64,000 nucleotides of DNA from Lachnospiraceae bacterium (GTDB lineage: Bacteria > Bacillota > Clostridia > Lachnospirales > Lachnospiraceae): contig JAKSRZ010000001.1 of NCBI GenBank assembly GCA_024403375.1, positions 11,303-75,302 of the forward strand. The letters run 5' to 3'. A model generated the notes under the pieces. It did no database searches. It was not told the DNA's origin and saw nothing but the letters and a program-made list of their open reading frames with translations. The position numbers and the translations under genes are program-made. Shown in pieces: positions 1-9,318 of this stretch (position 1 is the stretch's first letter; every line of letters starts with the position of its first letter).

Positions 1-136
1 CCGATCCGGCAGGGTTAAATGACTCAATTTTTCCAAGAATTGTTGCTTCAAGACCAAACTTTTCCTCTAATCTTCCCAATTCCAAAATTGGAGTATTTCC
101 AATAAGTTCTTCTGACTTTTTGTATATTCTTTTCAT
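1..136 (-). CDS. cysK: cysteine synthase / O-acetylserine sulfhydrylase, first 45 codons only (gene runs off the left edge)
   Basis: Minus-strand ORF open to position 1. ATG (rc) at 134-136 follows AGGA. It translates to MKRIYKKSEELIGNTPILELGRLEEKFGLEATILGKIESFNPAGS, which carries the IGNTP...NPxGS N-terminal signature of CysK-family PLP enzymes. Too short for the ORF track. Confidence 0.6.
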   Translation of the reverse strand, partial: MKRIYKKSEELIGNTPILELGRLEEKFGLEATILGKIESFNPAGS

Positions 137-279
137 TATTTTTTCCTCATAAACGTATAAATATCCAATCTAATTAATATTATCATTTCACACCGTTTTT
201 TTCAAGGACAGCGGCATGATTCAAGCCACTAAAAAACCCTCTTACATCAACATTAACGTTTCGTAAGAGAGTTATGATT

Positions 280-1326
280 TTAGTTAAGCTTTTTAACTGA
301 ATTTCCAATCACCATTTTACAAGGCACCCAGATTCTTTTTGCTTCCGGCTCATATCCTGCATCCTCGATAATTCTGATCATCATTTCAGCAGATCTTCTT
401 CCGATTTCAGCCAGCGGCAGCTCATTAGTAGTGATTCGTGGGTACAGATAGGAAGAATAATCCATATTATCGAAACCGATTACGGACACATCCTCTCCAA
501 TCTTATAATTATTCTCATAAAGATAGTCGTACACGCCTGCCGCCATCTGGTCATTCATACACCATATAGCAGTAGGGTTCTTTTCCAGAAGACACGAAGC
601 GTTCTTGTAGCCCGAATCTCTCTGCCATGTACCAAACAATGTATTCTTAGGATTATAGGGCACGCCGGCCTCAAATAAAGCCTTCTGAAATCCGGCAAGA
701 CGTTTGCCGGTATGCATATTATTTTCAACACCTGCAAGCACGGCTATTTCTTTGTGTCCCTGCTCCAGGAGATATTTTCCGATATCATAGCCACCCTTTT
801 CATCATCAATAAGGATGGAAGGGAAACGATCGTTTTCATTTGCCGCATAAGCCACAACTGTAGGAACTTTCATGTCCTCCGGAAAACAACGGATAATTCT
901 TCCGTGACCGGCAACATAGATAATTCCATCTGCCTTTATTGATTCCGACTCATAAAGGGCAGGATAAAGAAAGCTTTTAAGCATTTCTTCGTTATCAAAC
1001 CATGTATCACGCCAACGATCGTACATTCGAAGATTAATGAGGATTGCTCTGTATCCCATTGCTTCACAATATGCCATTATGGCAACAACAATAGGGGGCG
1101 TTGTGAACTGGTTAAGGTCCTCAACGATAATACTGATAACATTTGATTTTTGTTTACGCATACTGGATGCAAAGTAATTAGGAGTATAGCCCGTTTCTTC
1201 TACAACAGCCAATACTCGCTTACGAGTCTCATCGCTCACTTTATTTTTTCCGTTAAGTATATTTGAGACTGTGCTGGGTGAAACCCCACATATCTTTGCA
1301 ATGTCTTTTACTGTTATCATACTCAT
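280..1326 (-). CDS. LacI/GalR-family transcriptional regulator
   Basis: 348-aa ORF with N-terminal HTH ITVKDIAKICGVSPSTVSNILNG and a periplasmic-binding-fold sugar-sensor core. The ATG at 1320 has better RBS spacing than 1326. Confidence 0.85.
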   Translation of the reverse strand: MSMITVKDIAKICGVSPSTVSNILNGKNKVSDETRKRVLAVVEETGYTPNYFASSMRKQKSNVISIIVEDLNQFTTPPIVVAIMAYCEAMGYRAILINLRMYDRWRDTWFDNEEMLKSFLYPALYESESIKADGIIYVAGHGRIIRCFPEDMKVPTVVAYAANENDRFPSILIDDEKGGYDIGKYLLEQGHKEIAVLAGVENNMHTGKRLAGFQKALFEAGVPYNPKNTLFGTWQRDSGYKNASCLLEKNPTAIWCMNDQMAAGVYDYLYENNYKIGEDVSVIGFDNMDYSSYLYPRITTNELPLAEIGRRSAEMMIRIIEDAGYEPEAKRIWVPCKMVIGNSVKKLN

Positions 1327-1420
1327 GATCCTTCACCCCCAAACCAGGTTGAGGGTATTATAGCAATAATCTATTGCAGTTTGTACAACATTTTTTTCAT
1401 CCAATTGGTGTTTTTTTTAC

Positions 1421-1456
1421 ACAAAAGGAGCACTGCGCTAAAAAGCACAGCGCTCC
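1421..1456 (-). terminator. intrinsic terminator after the solute-binding-protein gene
   Basis: On the minus strand, GGAGCGCUGUGC-loop-GCGCAGUGCUCC forms a 12-bp stem with two G-U pairs, followed by UUUUGUGU. Confidence 0.55.
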
Positions 1457-1489
1457 TATACACATCTTTAAGATTTGGTTGTCTGCAAA

Positions 1490-3211
1490 TTATTTTACAG
1501 CGTTCTTTGCTTCAAGTTCAACTGTGTAAACCTTCTTGTCCCAAGCCATAAGATCCTGGAAACCAAGACCGTCGAGATCCTTTGTCATCTTGTCCCAAAG
1601 CTTATCGAACTCTGCATCGTCCTTTGCGTAAATCATTACCCATGAAGCGTCACATACGCACTCATTACACTGGTTACGGATAACCTGAATGTCTGCGCTG
1701 TCGGACTCAAGAGGCACTGAGATGTTAGGAGATACAACAAGCTTGTTGTTCTTTCTGAAGTAGTCAACAGGTGTTTCTGCGTTGTATTTAGCTCTCCAAT
1801 CCTTTACCATCTGAGTATCTGTAGCTTCCTTGTAGGATGACCAGAGAGATGTAGCATAAGGCTCACCTGTAAGAGGGTTAGTACAGTTAGAACCGATAAT
1901 CCACTGGTTGAGCTTGTTGTTACCATCGCTGTAACCTGCGCCGCCGAACTCAGCAGGAACGTTCATGTTCTCAGCAAGAGCAGACTCGTTCATTGTGTAA
2001 AGTCTTCCATCCTCACCCTTGTAGTAGTTGAAGCCTTCAATACCACAGTGCTGGTACATAAGTCCTTCAGGTGATGTATACCACTGAATGAAGTCCATAA
2101 TACGCTCATACTTAGCGTCATCTACCTTGGAACCGATTGCCCATACACGGCCTGAACCGTAGTATGCATCTGCATCTGCGTAATAGATCTGATCTGTGAT
2201 CGGGATAACTCTGTGTGCTCTACCATCCTGCATGTGACCTACACTCCAGAAACCAACCTGCCATGAATACCACTCAAGGTAAACCTGACCTGCACCCATC
2301 TTAGCACATGCGGAATCCCAGTTCTGTGTTGCGGAGTCGGGATCTACGATGCCTGCCCTCTGAGCGTGGTTGAGGAACTTAAGGATCTTATAGTAAGAAC
2401 CGTTCTTATCTGTAAGAGGAATGAATGTTCCGTCGGGCTTAAGAATAACGGACTGCTTAATCTTTTCACCGTACCAGGTTGTAAGCTGAACAACGTTTGC
2501 AATACCAAGCATTGCATCGCCGCCGTCCCAGTCAGGCCATAAGGAGAGACCATAGCACTTGTCGCCTGCATCGTTAACGGGAGCTGCATCCATCATCTTC
2601 TTAAGAGTGTCAATGAGGCCCTCAAGATCCTTGATTTCAGGAGCACCGATCTGTGTATAAAGATCCCAACGAATACGAGGAGATGAGTAAATATCATCTA
2701 CAGATACAGAAGTAGGTGATGTATCCATCATTTCTGTAGGGATACCATAAATCTTACCATCGTAAGCACCATTAAGGTTATCAATCTGCTTCTTGAATGG
2801 TGTAAGGTTTGATCCTGTTGCGTAAATCTTATCGGAAATATCCTTAATAAGACCTGTTTGAATACAATCCTGCCACTGGCTCTTCTCGAGGATGAGAAGA
2901 TCGCCAAGGTTACCTTCGGCTGTACGTGTCTGGTAAAGAGCGTCACCACCTACCTGAGGAGCGATAACGTTGATTTCAAGATTGAACTTATCCTTTACAA
3001 GCTGACCGAACCAACCTGTCTGCACGCCCTGGTAGTTAGCTGCAACGTTGAAGTTTTCGATAACCATTGCATCAGCATACTTGCCATTGCTTGCTGCGCC
3101 GCCTTCATTTGCCGCACCACCATTTGTTCCCTTGTCCTTTCCACATCCTGCAAGGAGTGTAACTGCCATTGCAGATACAAGGAATAAGGAAACTACTCTT
3201 TTTAACTTCAT
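1490..3211 (-). CDS. extracellular solute-binding lipoprotein of a CUT1 (LplA-type) sugar ABC importer
   Basis: 573-aa ORF with lipoprotein signal MKLKRVVSLFLVSAMAVTLLAGC. RBS GGGAGGA. It lies in an operon with two CUT1 permeases. Confidence 0.85.
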   Translation of the reverse strand: MKLKRVVSLFLVSAMAVTLLAGCGKDKGTNGGAANEGGAASNGKYADAMVIENFNVAANYQGVQTGWFGQLVKDKFNLEINVIAPQVGGDALYQTRTAEGNLGDLLILEKSQWQDCIQTGLIKDISDKIYATGSNLTPFKKQIDNLNGAYDGKIYGIPTEMMDTSPTSVSVDDIYSSPRIRWDLYTQIGAPEIKDLEGLIDTLKKMMDAAPVNDAGDKCYGLSLWPDWDGGDAMLGIANVVQLTTWYGEKIKQSVILKPDGTFIPLTDKNGSYYKILKFLNHAQRAGIVDPDSATQNWDSACAKMGAGQVYLEWYSWQVGFWSVGHMQDGRAHRVIPITDQIYYADADAYYGSGRVWAIGSKVDDAKYERIMDFIQWYTSPEGLMYQHCGIEGFNYYKGEDGRLYTMNESALAENMNVPAEFGGAGYSDGNNKLNQWIIGSNCTNPLTGEPYATSLWSSYKEATDTQMVKDWRAKYNAETPVDYFRKNNKLVVSPNISVPLESDSADIQVIRNQCNECVCDASWVMIYAKDDAEFDKLWDKMTKDLDGLGFQDLMAWDKKVYTVELEAKNAVK

Positions 3212-3278
3212 AACTTCCTCCCTTTCTTGCGCTTATGCGCAAATACCATATATTACCGGCTCTTTATTGAGCAGATAA

Positions 3279-4196
3279 TCAACCCTTGACGGCACCAATC
3301 ATGATGCCCTTTGTAAAGTAACGCTGGAAGAACGGATATACCAGCATAATAGGAATAACTACAACCATTGTAACAGTCATACGTACTGAAGTCTGATTTT
3401 GTGCGGTTGCCAAAGTCTGAGCAATAGATGCGGCATTACCACTACTGGAAATCAATGATTTCAATGAGCTTGCTGACTGAATGTATCTGTAGAGTGTGAA
3501 CTGCAGTGTATTAAGCTTATCGTCAGTAACAAGAAGCAATGTATCCTGGAAGCTGTTCCACTGTGCAACTGCTGCGAAGATAGCAATTGTGGCAAGAATC
3601 GGCTTGATTACCGGTAAAATTATTCTGAAGAAAACGGTCAGTGTTCCGGCACCATCAATTTCTGCCGCCTCCTGAAGTTCCTTCGGAATGGCTTCTACAT
3701 ACGTTTTACAAAGAATGATGTAGAAGGGCTGAACAGCAACGGGGAAAATGTAAACCCAGAAGTTGTTCTTAAGTCCAAGGTTTGACATTGTGATGTACCA
3801 GGGAATGATACCTGCATTAAAGTACATTGTTGCCACTACAATTCTGAACCATAATTTGCGGAGCCATAATGTTTCTCTTGAAAACATATAACCGAGAAAG
3901 GCTGCAATCATTACTGTTACGATTGTTCCCACAACAGTTCTTTCTACCGAAACCTTTGCTGCGTTCAACAGACCCTTAAGCTGGAATACCTGAACGTAGT
4001 TTGTGAAATGCGGCTCTAAAGGATAGAGAATTACTTTACCGCGCTGTGATAAATCATTATTGCTTATTGAGTTAATCGCTATGTAGTAAAACGGATAGAG
4101 ACATACAAAAGCAAAAATCGAGTAAATAATGTATGTGATGACACTGATGAGACGATCACCGAATGACACCTTCATTTTGTGTTTTGTCTTTGCCAT
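3279..4196 (-). CDS. carbohydrate ABC transporter permease (MalG/LplC-type)
   Basis: 305-aa ORF, polytopic, with EAA loop EAAEIDGAGTLTVFFRIILP. RBS AAGGAGGGG. Confidence 0.85.
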   Translation of the reverse strand: MAKTKHKMKVSFGDRLISVITYIIYSIFAFVCLYPFYYIAINSISNNDLSQRGKVILYPLEPHFTNYVQVFQLKGLLNAAKVSVERTVVGTIVTVMIAAFLGYMFSRETLWLRKLWFRIVVATMYFNAGIIPWYITMSNLGLKNNFWVYIFPVAVQPFYIILCKTYVEAIPKELQEAAEIDGAGTLTVFFRIILPVIKPILATIAIFAAVAQWNSFQDTLLLVTDDKLNTLQFTLYRYIQSASSLKSLISSSGNAASIAQTLATAQNQTSVRMTVTMVVVIPIMLVYPFFQRYFTKGIMIGAVKG

Positions 4197-4207
4197 GATA
4201 CCCCTCC

Positions 4208-5140
4208 TTATACGAATCCTTCGCCTCTGACAAGCTTTGAGAACTTGTTAGCCAGGATAAGAAGGACAACGCTTACACCACTCTTCAGCATACTGATTGC
4301 AACTGAAAGTGAATATCCGCCGGAGCCCATAGCCAATCGGTAAACATAAAGGTCAAGAACCTGAATGTAATCCTTGTTGAAGGAGTTCTCGAACATGTAA
4401 TACTGCTCCATACCATTTGAAAGGAAGCTTGCAATATTAAGCATAACGAGAACGAAGTATGTAGGAAGAATGCTTGGAATCGTAATATGTCTGATAACCT
4501 TCATTCTTGATGCGCCGTCAACCTTTGCCGCCTCAATCATTTCTTCATCAATTCCGCTGATTGCTGCAAGGTACATGATGGCTGCCCAACCTGCATTCTT
4601 CCAGGTAAGCCAGAGCCACATCTTAAACCATACATGATCTGCAGACTGAAGGAAGTTTACAGGTCCCTCAAGAATTCCCCACTTCTGTCCCAGTGAGCTT
4701 ACGGGGCCTGCTGAGTTGAATATGCAGAATGCAATTGCATAAACAAGAACCCAGCTTATGAAGTTCGGAAGAGTTGTTACTGTCTGAACAAACTTTCTGA
4801 AGGGTTTGCACTTGATTTCGTTAAGGAACACCGCAAAGAACATAGGGAACCATGAAAACAGGAGGCTTATTCCGCTCATGGCGAAGGTATTTCTTAAAAC
4901 GTTTAACAGCTTTGTAATTTTTACTTCATTCTCTACCATGGACTTAAACCACTTAAGTCCTACGAAGTTGTCCCAGGAAAGAGGGAAAGGCGGTTTGTAA
5001 TCAAAGAACGCATAAACCCAACCATACAGAGGATAGTAAGAGAACAGAAGCACCAGAAGAATAAAAGGCAAAATAAGAAGGAACTCTTTATAACCTCGTA
5101 TTTTTCTGTAATCTACTCTTTTCGAATTTGCATTTTTCAT
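4208..5140 (-). CDS. carbohydrate ABC transporter permease (MalF/LplB-type)
   Basis: 310-aa ORF, polytopic, with EAA loop EAAKVDGASRMKVIRHITIP. First gene of the operon. Confidence 0.85.
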   Translation of the reverse strand: MKNANSKRVDYRKIRGYKEFLLILPFILLVLLFSYYPLYGWVYAFFDYKPPFPLSWDNFVGLKWFKSMVENEVKITKLLNVLRNTFAMSGISLLFSWFPMFFAVFLNEIKCKPFRKFVQTVTTLPNFISWVLVYAIAFCIFNSAGPVSSLGQKWGILEGPVNFLQSADHVWFKMWLWLTWKNAGWAAIMYLAAISGIDEEMIEAAKVDGASRMKVIRHITIPSILPTYFVLVMLNIASFLSNGMEQYYMFENSFNKDYIQVLDLYVYRLAMGSGGYSLSVAISMLKSGVSVVLLILANKFSKLVRGEGFV

Positions 5141-5166
5141 GATATACCCCTCATGAATGAAATTAA

Positions 5167-5180
5167 GTAAATCGTTTTAC
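5167..5180. promoter_or_regulatory. candidate LacI-family operator GTAAATCGTTTTAC
   Basis: 14-bp site with perfect GTAAA/TTTAC half-sites around a central CG. It lies 10 nt downstream of the predicted -10 and 27 nt upstream of the permease start. Confidence 0.4.
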
Positions 5181-5190
5181 TTGTAAACCA

Positions 5191-5219
5191 ATACTAAATC
5201 CTTTTGTGCAATTCGTCAA
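5191..5219 (-). promoter_or_regulatory. sigma-A-type promoter of the sugar ABC operon
   Basis: On the minus strand, TTGACG-17 nt-TAGTAT, about 50 nt upstream of the ATG at 5140. Confidence 0.45.
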
Positions 5220-5320
5220 GTATTTTTTTAGATTTTGTTTATCTTTTGTTAATATTGCACAAAAAATACGGTACGCAAACGTTTTCGATACGTATTGCTC
5301 CGTATAATTTGCTCAATATA

Positions 5321-5334
5321 GTAAACCGATTTAC
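5321..5334. promoter_or_regulatory. second copy of the operator motif, GTAAACCGATTTAC
   Basis: Same GTAAAnCGnTTTAC palindrome, centred 154 bp from the first copy. Confidence 0.35.
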
Positions 5335-5403
5335 AGGACTTTTTTCCTACGGTCCTCTTTTCTTCAATTCAGTCGGTAACCTGTTTTTCAACGCCTGTTT
5401 TCC

Positions 5404-5432
5404 TTGACTTTAGGCCCAAAAGCAAGTATAAT
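5404..5432 (+). promoter_or_regulatory. sigma-A promoter of the SRP RNA gene
   Basis: TTGACT-17 nt-TATAAT, consensus-like, directly upstream of the SRP RNA helix. Confidence 0.6.
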
Positions 5433-5438
5433 ACGCAC

Positions 5439-5550
5439 TCGGGGCTCCGGCCTCGCGAAGCAGAAGCTCTTGAACCGTGTCAGGTCAGGAATGAAGCAGC
5501 ACTAAGGGATGCCTTTTGTATGTCGCGAGCAAACCGGAGTCTCTTTTTTT
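5439..5550 (+). ncRNA. ffs: signal recognition particle RNA, short (4.5S-like) form
   Basis: CCGUGUCAGGUCAGGAAUGAAGCAGCACUAAGGG matches the universally conserved SRP domain IV (compare E. coli 4.5S CCAGGUCAGGUCCGGAAGGAAGCAGCCAAGG). The 5' GGCUCCGG/CCUCGCGA pairs with the 3' UCGCGAG/CCGGAGUC to close helix 5. It ends in U7. Ends are +/- a few nt. Confidence 0.75.
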
Positions 5551-5552
5551 GC

Positions 5553-5585
5553 ACAAAAAGAGCGGCAACATCTTCAGTTGCCGCT
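5553..5585 (-). terminator. intrinsic terminator after the ABC-2 permease gene
   Basis: AGCGGCAAC-7 nt loop-GUUGCCGCU. On the minus strand it is followed by CUUUUUGUG. Confidence 0.6.
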
Positions 5586-5595
5586 CATTATTATT

Positions 5596-6813
5596 TTATG
5601 CGTTGAACATAATCTTCTCAGAATCGAATGCCTTCTTAACGCCATATGTTGCCAATGCTGCAAATACAAGGCTGCCAAGAATTGTGAAGAGGAACTGTAT
5701 TCCTGTAAGAGTCTGAATTGTAATACCCTGAATGGCCATTGCACTGCCATAAACCGGAATAAGGTACATTATGTCAGAAGGGCTCTTTCCCATTGAAAGC
5801 ATTGTAACAAGTCCAAGTACAATAACTACAATGTAAAGAGGTGAAACATAGGAGCTTGCCTGCTTTGTATCCTTTGCCAGAATAGAAACCGCACACACAA
5901 TTGCAACAAACATGTAAACAAGTACAACCATTATTGCCGCAAGTTCAAGAATCTGGACAAATGAGAATGTTACCCCTTCACCACCATCAATGGAACTTGC
6001 AAAGCTGCCCATTGAAAAGATACTTGAAACAGCGTAAACAATAGCACTCATGGAAGAAAGAATAGCAAGTCCGAACAATTTGCCGAACGCCAGTTCAGAA
6101 CGCTTGATAGGTGAAAGAAGAAGGCTTGAAAGTGTTCCTCTTTCCTTTTCACCTGCGATAGCATCGACACAGATACTCATTGCACTGGCGAAAAGTAACA
6201 TAACGATGAGGTAAGGAAGCATCATGGAAAGGAACTGCCCATTTTCCTTAGCTTCGTTTACAATCTTTTCCTCATTGATTGAGAAAACAGTAAGCAGATC
6301 AAGGTTTCCGAAACGCTGTGCCTGAAGCATTGTTCTGTAGTTCTGTGCCATCATTGCGTTGAAAACATCTTTTGCCTGGGAAGAATAACTTTCTGCTGAG
6401 TTGTAAAATAAAGTCATCTCAGGAATTTCGTCACCGGCATTTGTATATGCACTGAAAGTTTCTTTGAAATCCTTGTCGAACACAACAAGCAAATCGTTTG
6501 TTCCCGCAAGAATTCCGTCCTTTATTTCAAGCATTTCACTTTCGCTTGTGTTGTCATTAAGGTAGGAAATGTGTGCTGTCTGATTATATCCGGTTGCTGC
6601 TGCCAGATCTTTAATCTCGGCCGGAGCATTCTGAATATAAACTACGCTCTCATGTTCCTCAATATCCTTTGTAATGGACTTTGTAAGGGAGCCCATTAAT
6701 CCATATATACCAAACATAATGATGACCGGAAGCACAAAGAGGCTTATGATCATCTGCTTGTCCTTAAATACACGGGCAAGCTCTTTTTTTACTATAAGCA
6801 TTGAATTTTTCAT
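5596..6813 (-). CDS. ABC-2 family exporter permease (NatB-like)
   Basis: 405-aa ORF with TM1, a large extracytoplasmic loop, then a C-terminal TM bundle. Its start overlaps the ATPase stop (TAATG). Confidence 0.7.
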   Translation of the reverse strand: MKNSMLIVKKELARVFKDKQMIISLFVLPVIIMFGIYGLMGSLTKSITKDIEEHESVVYIQNAPAEIKDLAAATGYNQTAHISYLNDNTSESEMLEIKDGILAGTNDLLVVFDKDFKETFSAYTNAGDEIPEMTLFYNSAESYSSQAKDVFNAMMAQNYRTMLQAQRFGNLDLLTVFSINEEKIVNEAKENGQFLSMMLPYLIVMLLFASAMSICVDAIAGEKERGTLSSLLLSPIKRSELAFGKLFGLAILSSMSAIVYAVSSIFSMGSFASSIDGGEGVTFSFVQILELAAIMVVLVYMFVAIVCAVSILAKDTKQASSYVSPLYIVVIVLGLVTMLSMGKSPSDIMYLIPVYGSAMAIQGITIQTLTGIQFLFTILGSLVFAALATYGVKKAFDSEKIMFNA

Positions 6814-7625
6814 TATTTCCTACCTCCGAAACCGCTCTTGGGATTGAAAGGCTCTTCTTCCTTGTGATGCTCACTGTAGAGCTTGAAGAAAGCGTCCTCC
6901 AGATCTTCTGCCTGAGTCTTATCGATGATTTCCTGAAGAGTTCCTTCGATTACTTTCTTACCATCAATAATAACTCCGATGCAGTCACAAAGCTTTTCTG
7001 CTTCTGACATGATGTGAGTGGAAATAATGATTGTTTTTCCCTCTTCCTTAAGCTTCTTAAGCATATCTGTTACGCTTCTTGCTGTAACAACATCAAGTCC
7101 GCTTGTAGGCTCGTCGAAAATAATCACTTGGGGATTATGAACAAGAGAAACCGCAATGGCTGCCTTCTGTTTCATACCTGTTGAAAGCTCCTGCATTTTC
7201 TTGTTCTCGAATTCGGAAATTCCAAAGTATCCGAATAATTCCTTACGTCTTGCCTCAATTTCCTCGTCGCTCATTCCGTGAGCATGTCCGAAAAATTCGA
7301 AGAGATACTTAGGTGTAAAGAAAGGATCAAGCTTGATTTCGTTTGTAAGAAAACAAAGTTCCTGACGAACTGCTTCGCCTTCTTTTACGGTATCGTGTCC
7401 GCATACTGTAACTGTTCCTGCGGAGGGTGTAAGCAGTGTTGCGATACAGCGAAGTGTTGTTGTCTTTCCGGCTCCGTTAGGTCCCAACAGGCCATAAATC
7501 TGGCCGTCCTTTGCTTCAAACGAAATATCATTAGCCGCTTTTTTTATGTTTTCGGTTGTTTTCATTTGCTGCATTTTTCTCTTGCTGAGTTTATAGACTT
7601 TTGTAAGATTGTTAACCTGAATCAT
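6813..7625 (-). CDS. ABC transporter ATP-binding protein (NatA-like)
   Basis: 270-aa ORF with Walker A GPNGAGKTT, signature LSTGMKQK and Walker B IIFDEPTSGLD. Confidence 0.85.
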   Translation of the reverse strand: MIQVNNLTKVYKLSKRKMQQMKTTENIKKAANDISFEAKDGQIYGLLGPNGAGKTTTLRCIATLLTPSAGTVTVCGHDTVKEGEAVRQELCFLTNEIKLDPFFTPKYLFEFFGHAHGMSDEEIEARRKELFGYFGISEFENKKMQELSTGMKQKAAIAVSLVHNPQVIIFDEPTSGLDVVTARSVTDMLKKLKEEGKTIIISTHIMSEAEKLCDCIGVIIDGKKVIEGTLQEIIDKTQAEDLEDAFFKLYSEHHKEEEPFNPKSGFGGRK

Positions 7626-7742
7626 ACAAGTCCTCCTTATCTCTATTCAATAATACTCCCGCATTATATCAAAGCATATACATTCGGTAAATCGTTAAAC
7701 TGACGAATTAAGTGCCCTGTTTTCGCTATTTTTGCTTATTAT

Positions 7743-7778
7743 GAACAAAACGCAGAGCGTCATCAGACGCCCTGCGTT
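7743..7778 (-). terminator. intrinsic terminator after the GH28 gene
   Basis: 13-bp stem AACGCAGGGCGUC/GACGCUCUGCGUU with one mismatch, followed by UUUUGUU on the minus strand. Confidence 0.6.
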
Positions 7779-7792
7779 GAGCAAATTCGGTA

Positions 7793-9316
7793 TTAATCTC
7801 TGAATACTTCAGGGCCCATCTGACCCTTTATATGAACGTTATCCAGGTTTACATTTTCTACGTTTCTGAAAATCAGGCCACGCTTACTGCAGATTTCCGC
7901 ATCAGTCATCATGGCACATGCACCCGCGGTCGCATCCTCTTTCATTTCGACATCCACGTTCTTAATGTTAATTTCCTTTATGGGCATTTCAGGAAGTCCA
8001 TAAAAATATCCTGCGGCCCATTCACAGTCGGTACATGTCATATCTCTGAAAGTAAATTTTCCAAGATATGGCGTTCTGTCATCAACCGGAAGCTTTTCTT
8101 TGCTCCATACGTACTCTGTTTTTCCGTCCGGATCGCAATAGTAGAACATGTTGATAACAAATGGTGTAAGTACGTTATCCATTCTTATGTTTGAGAACTC
8201 CACACCGTCGATAATAGCGTATTTTCCGCGTCCTCGGCGTGTTTTAATTCGAAGGCCTCTGTCTGTATGCAGGAAATAGCACTGGCTTACGGTAAGATTT
8301 GTAACGCCGCCTGCCATTTCAGATCCAAGAACCACGCCACCGTGAGCATACTCCATAAGGCAGTTACGCACAGTGTGATGATCGGCGGGCTGCTTGTATT
8401 TCATGCCAAGCTCGATTTTTCCTGACTTTATGGCAATAGCATCGTCACCTACAGAAAAGCGTACGCCGATAAAGCGTACTCTGTCGCAGGCTTCGGGATC
8501 AGCACCATCGGTATTGGGGCTGTTGCTAGGATTTTTTACGTTCATATCAATAAAATCCACATCCTTACAGAAGAAGGGGTGAAGCGTCCAGGCAGGTGAA
8601 TTCTGCACAGTCACACCATGGAAAAGAACGTTTTCACAACGGTTCAGGAAAACGAGCTTAGGGCGGGCTGCATCCTTTCTTTTAGGGTTCTGCCACCATG
8701 TGGAATTCTGAGCATTGGCATCGATAATTCCTCTTCCGACAATTCTGACGTTTGAAAGGAAGTGTCCGCTTATAAAGCTTTGTCTGACAGGGGATGTGGT
8801 GCCTTCCCATGAAGAAAGTTCGGTTTCTTCTCCTGTTACCAGGTCCTTGAAGCCTCCGGGAATTATGGGGAAAAGGTTCTCGTCAGTAACTCCCAGAATA
8901 GTTGCACCTTCGCAGATTTCCAGTGTCATGTCACTTTTTAATGTAAGTGGTCCTGTAAGGTATGTTCCTTCTTCTACTCTTACACGTCCGTTTTTCGGAC
9001 ACATATTAATGGCATTCTGCAAAGCTATAGTATCATTTGTTACACCGTCTCCCACGGCACCAATGTGCTTTACACTTAATGCCGCCGTTTCAGAAAGTGT
9101 TCTGAATTCGCCCTTATTTTCTCCGATTTCGAAAGAATAATCTGTGTCCGGACATAAATCAAAGAACGAGAAGACATTTGTCTTCACGTTCTCTAATACT
9201 ACATTGCCGTTTAATTTTACATCATAAGGGTTCTCTGCGTAGTAGGGTGTGCTGTTAACGCACTCGAAGCAAGCAGATACTGAGGTTATACAAATCTCTC
9301 TTACGAAATTATCCAT
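7793..9316 (-). CDS. glycoside hydrolase family 28 (exo-polygalacturonase-like), cytoplasmic
   Basis: 507-aa ORF. The GH28 motifs occur in order: SPNTDGADP, GDDAIAIKSG, AHGGVVLGSE, RGLRIKT. No signal peptide. Confidence 0.85.
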   Translation of the reverse strand: MDNFVREICITSVSACFECVNSTPYYAENPYDVKLNGNVVLENVKTNVFSFFDLCPDTDYSFEIGENKGEFRTLSETAALSVKHIGAVGDGVTNDTIALQNAINMCPKNGRVRVEEGTYLTGPLTLKSDMTLEICEGATILGVTDENLFPIIPGGFKDLVTGEETELSSWEGTTSPVRQSFISGHFLSNVRIVGRGIIDANAQNSTWWQNPKRKDAARPKLVFLNRCENVLFHGVTVQNSPAWTLHPFFCKDVDFIDMNVKNPSNSPNTDGADPEACDRVRFIGVRFSVGDDAIAIKSGKIELGMKYKQPADHHTVRNCLMEYAHGGVVLGSEMAGGVTNLTVSQCYFLHTDRGLRIKTRRGRGKYAIIDGVEFSNIRMDNVLTPFVINMFYYCDPDGKTEYVWSKEKLPVDDRTPYLGKFTFRDMTCTDCEWAAGYFYGLPEMPIKEINIKNVDVEMKEDATAGACAMMTDAEICSKRGLIFRNVENVNLDNVHIKGQMGPEVFRD

Positions 9317-9318
9317 TA

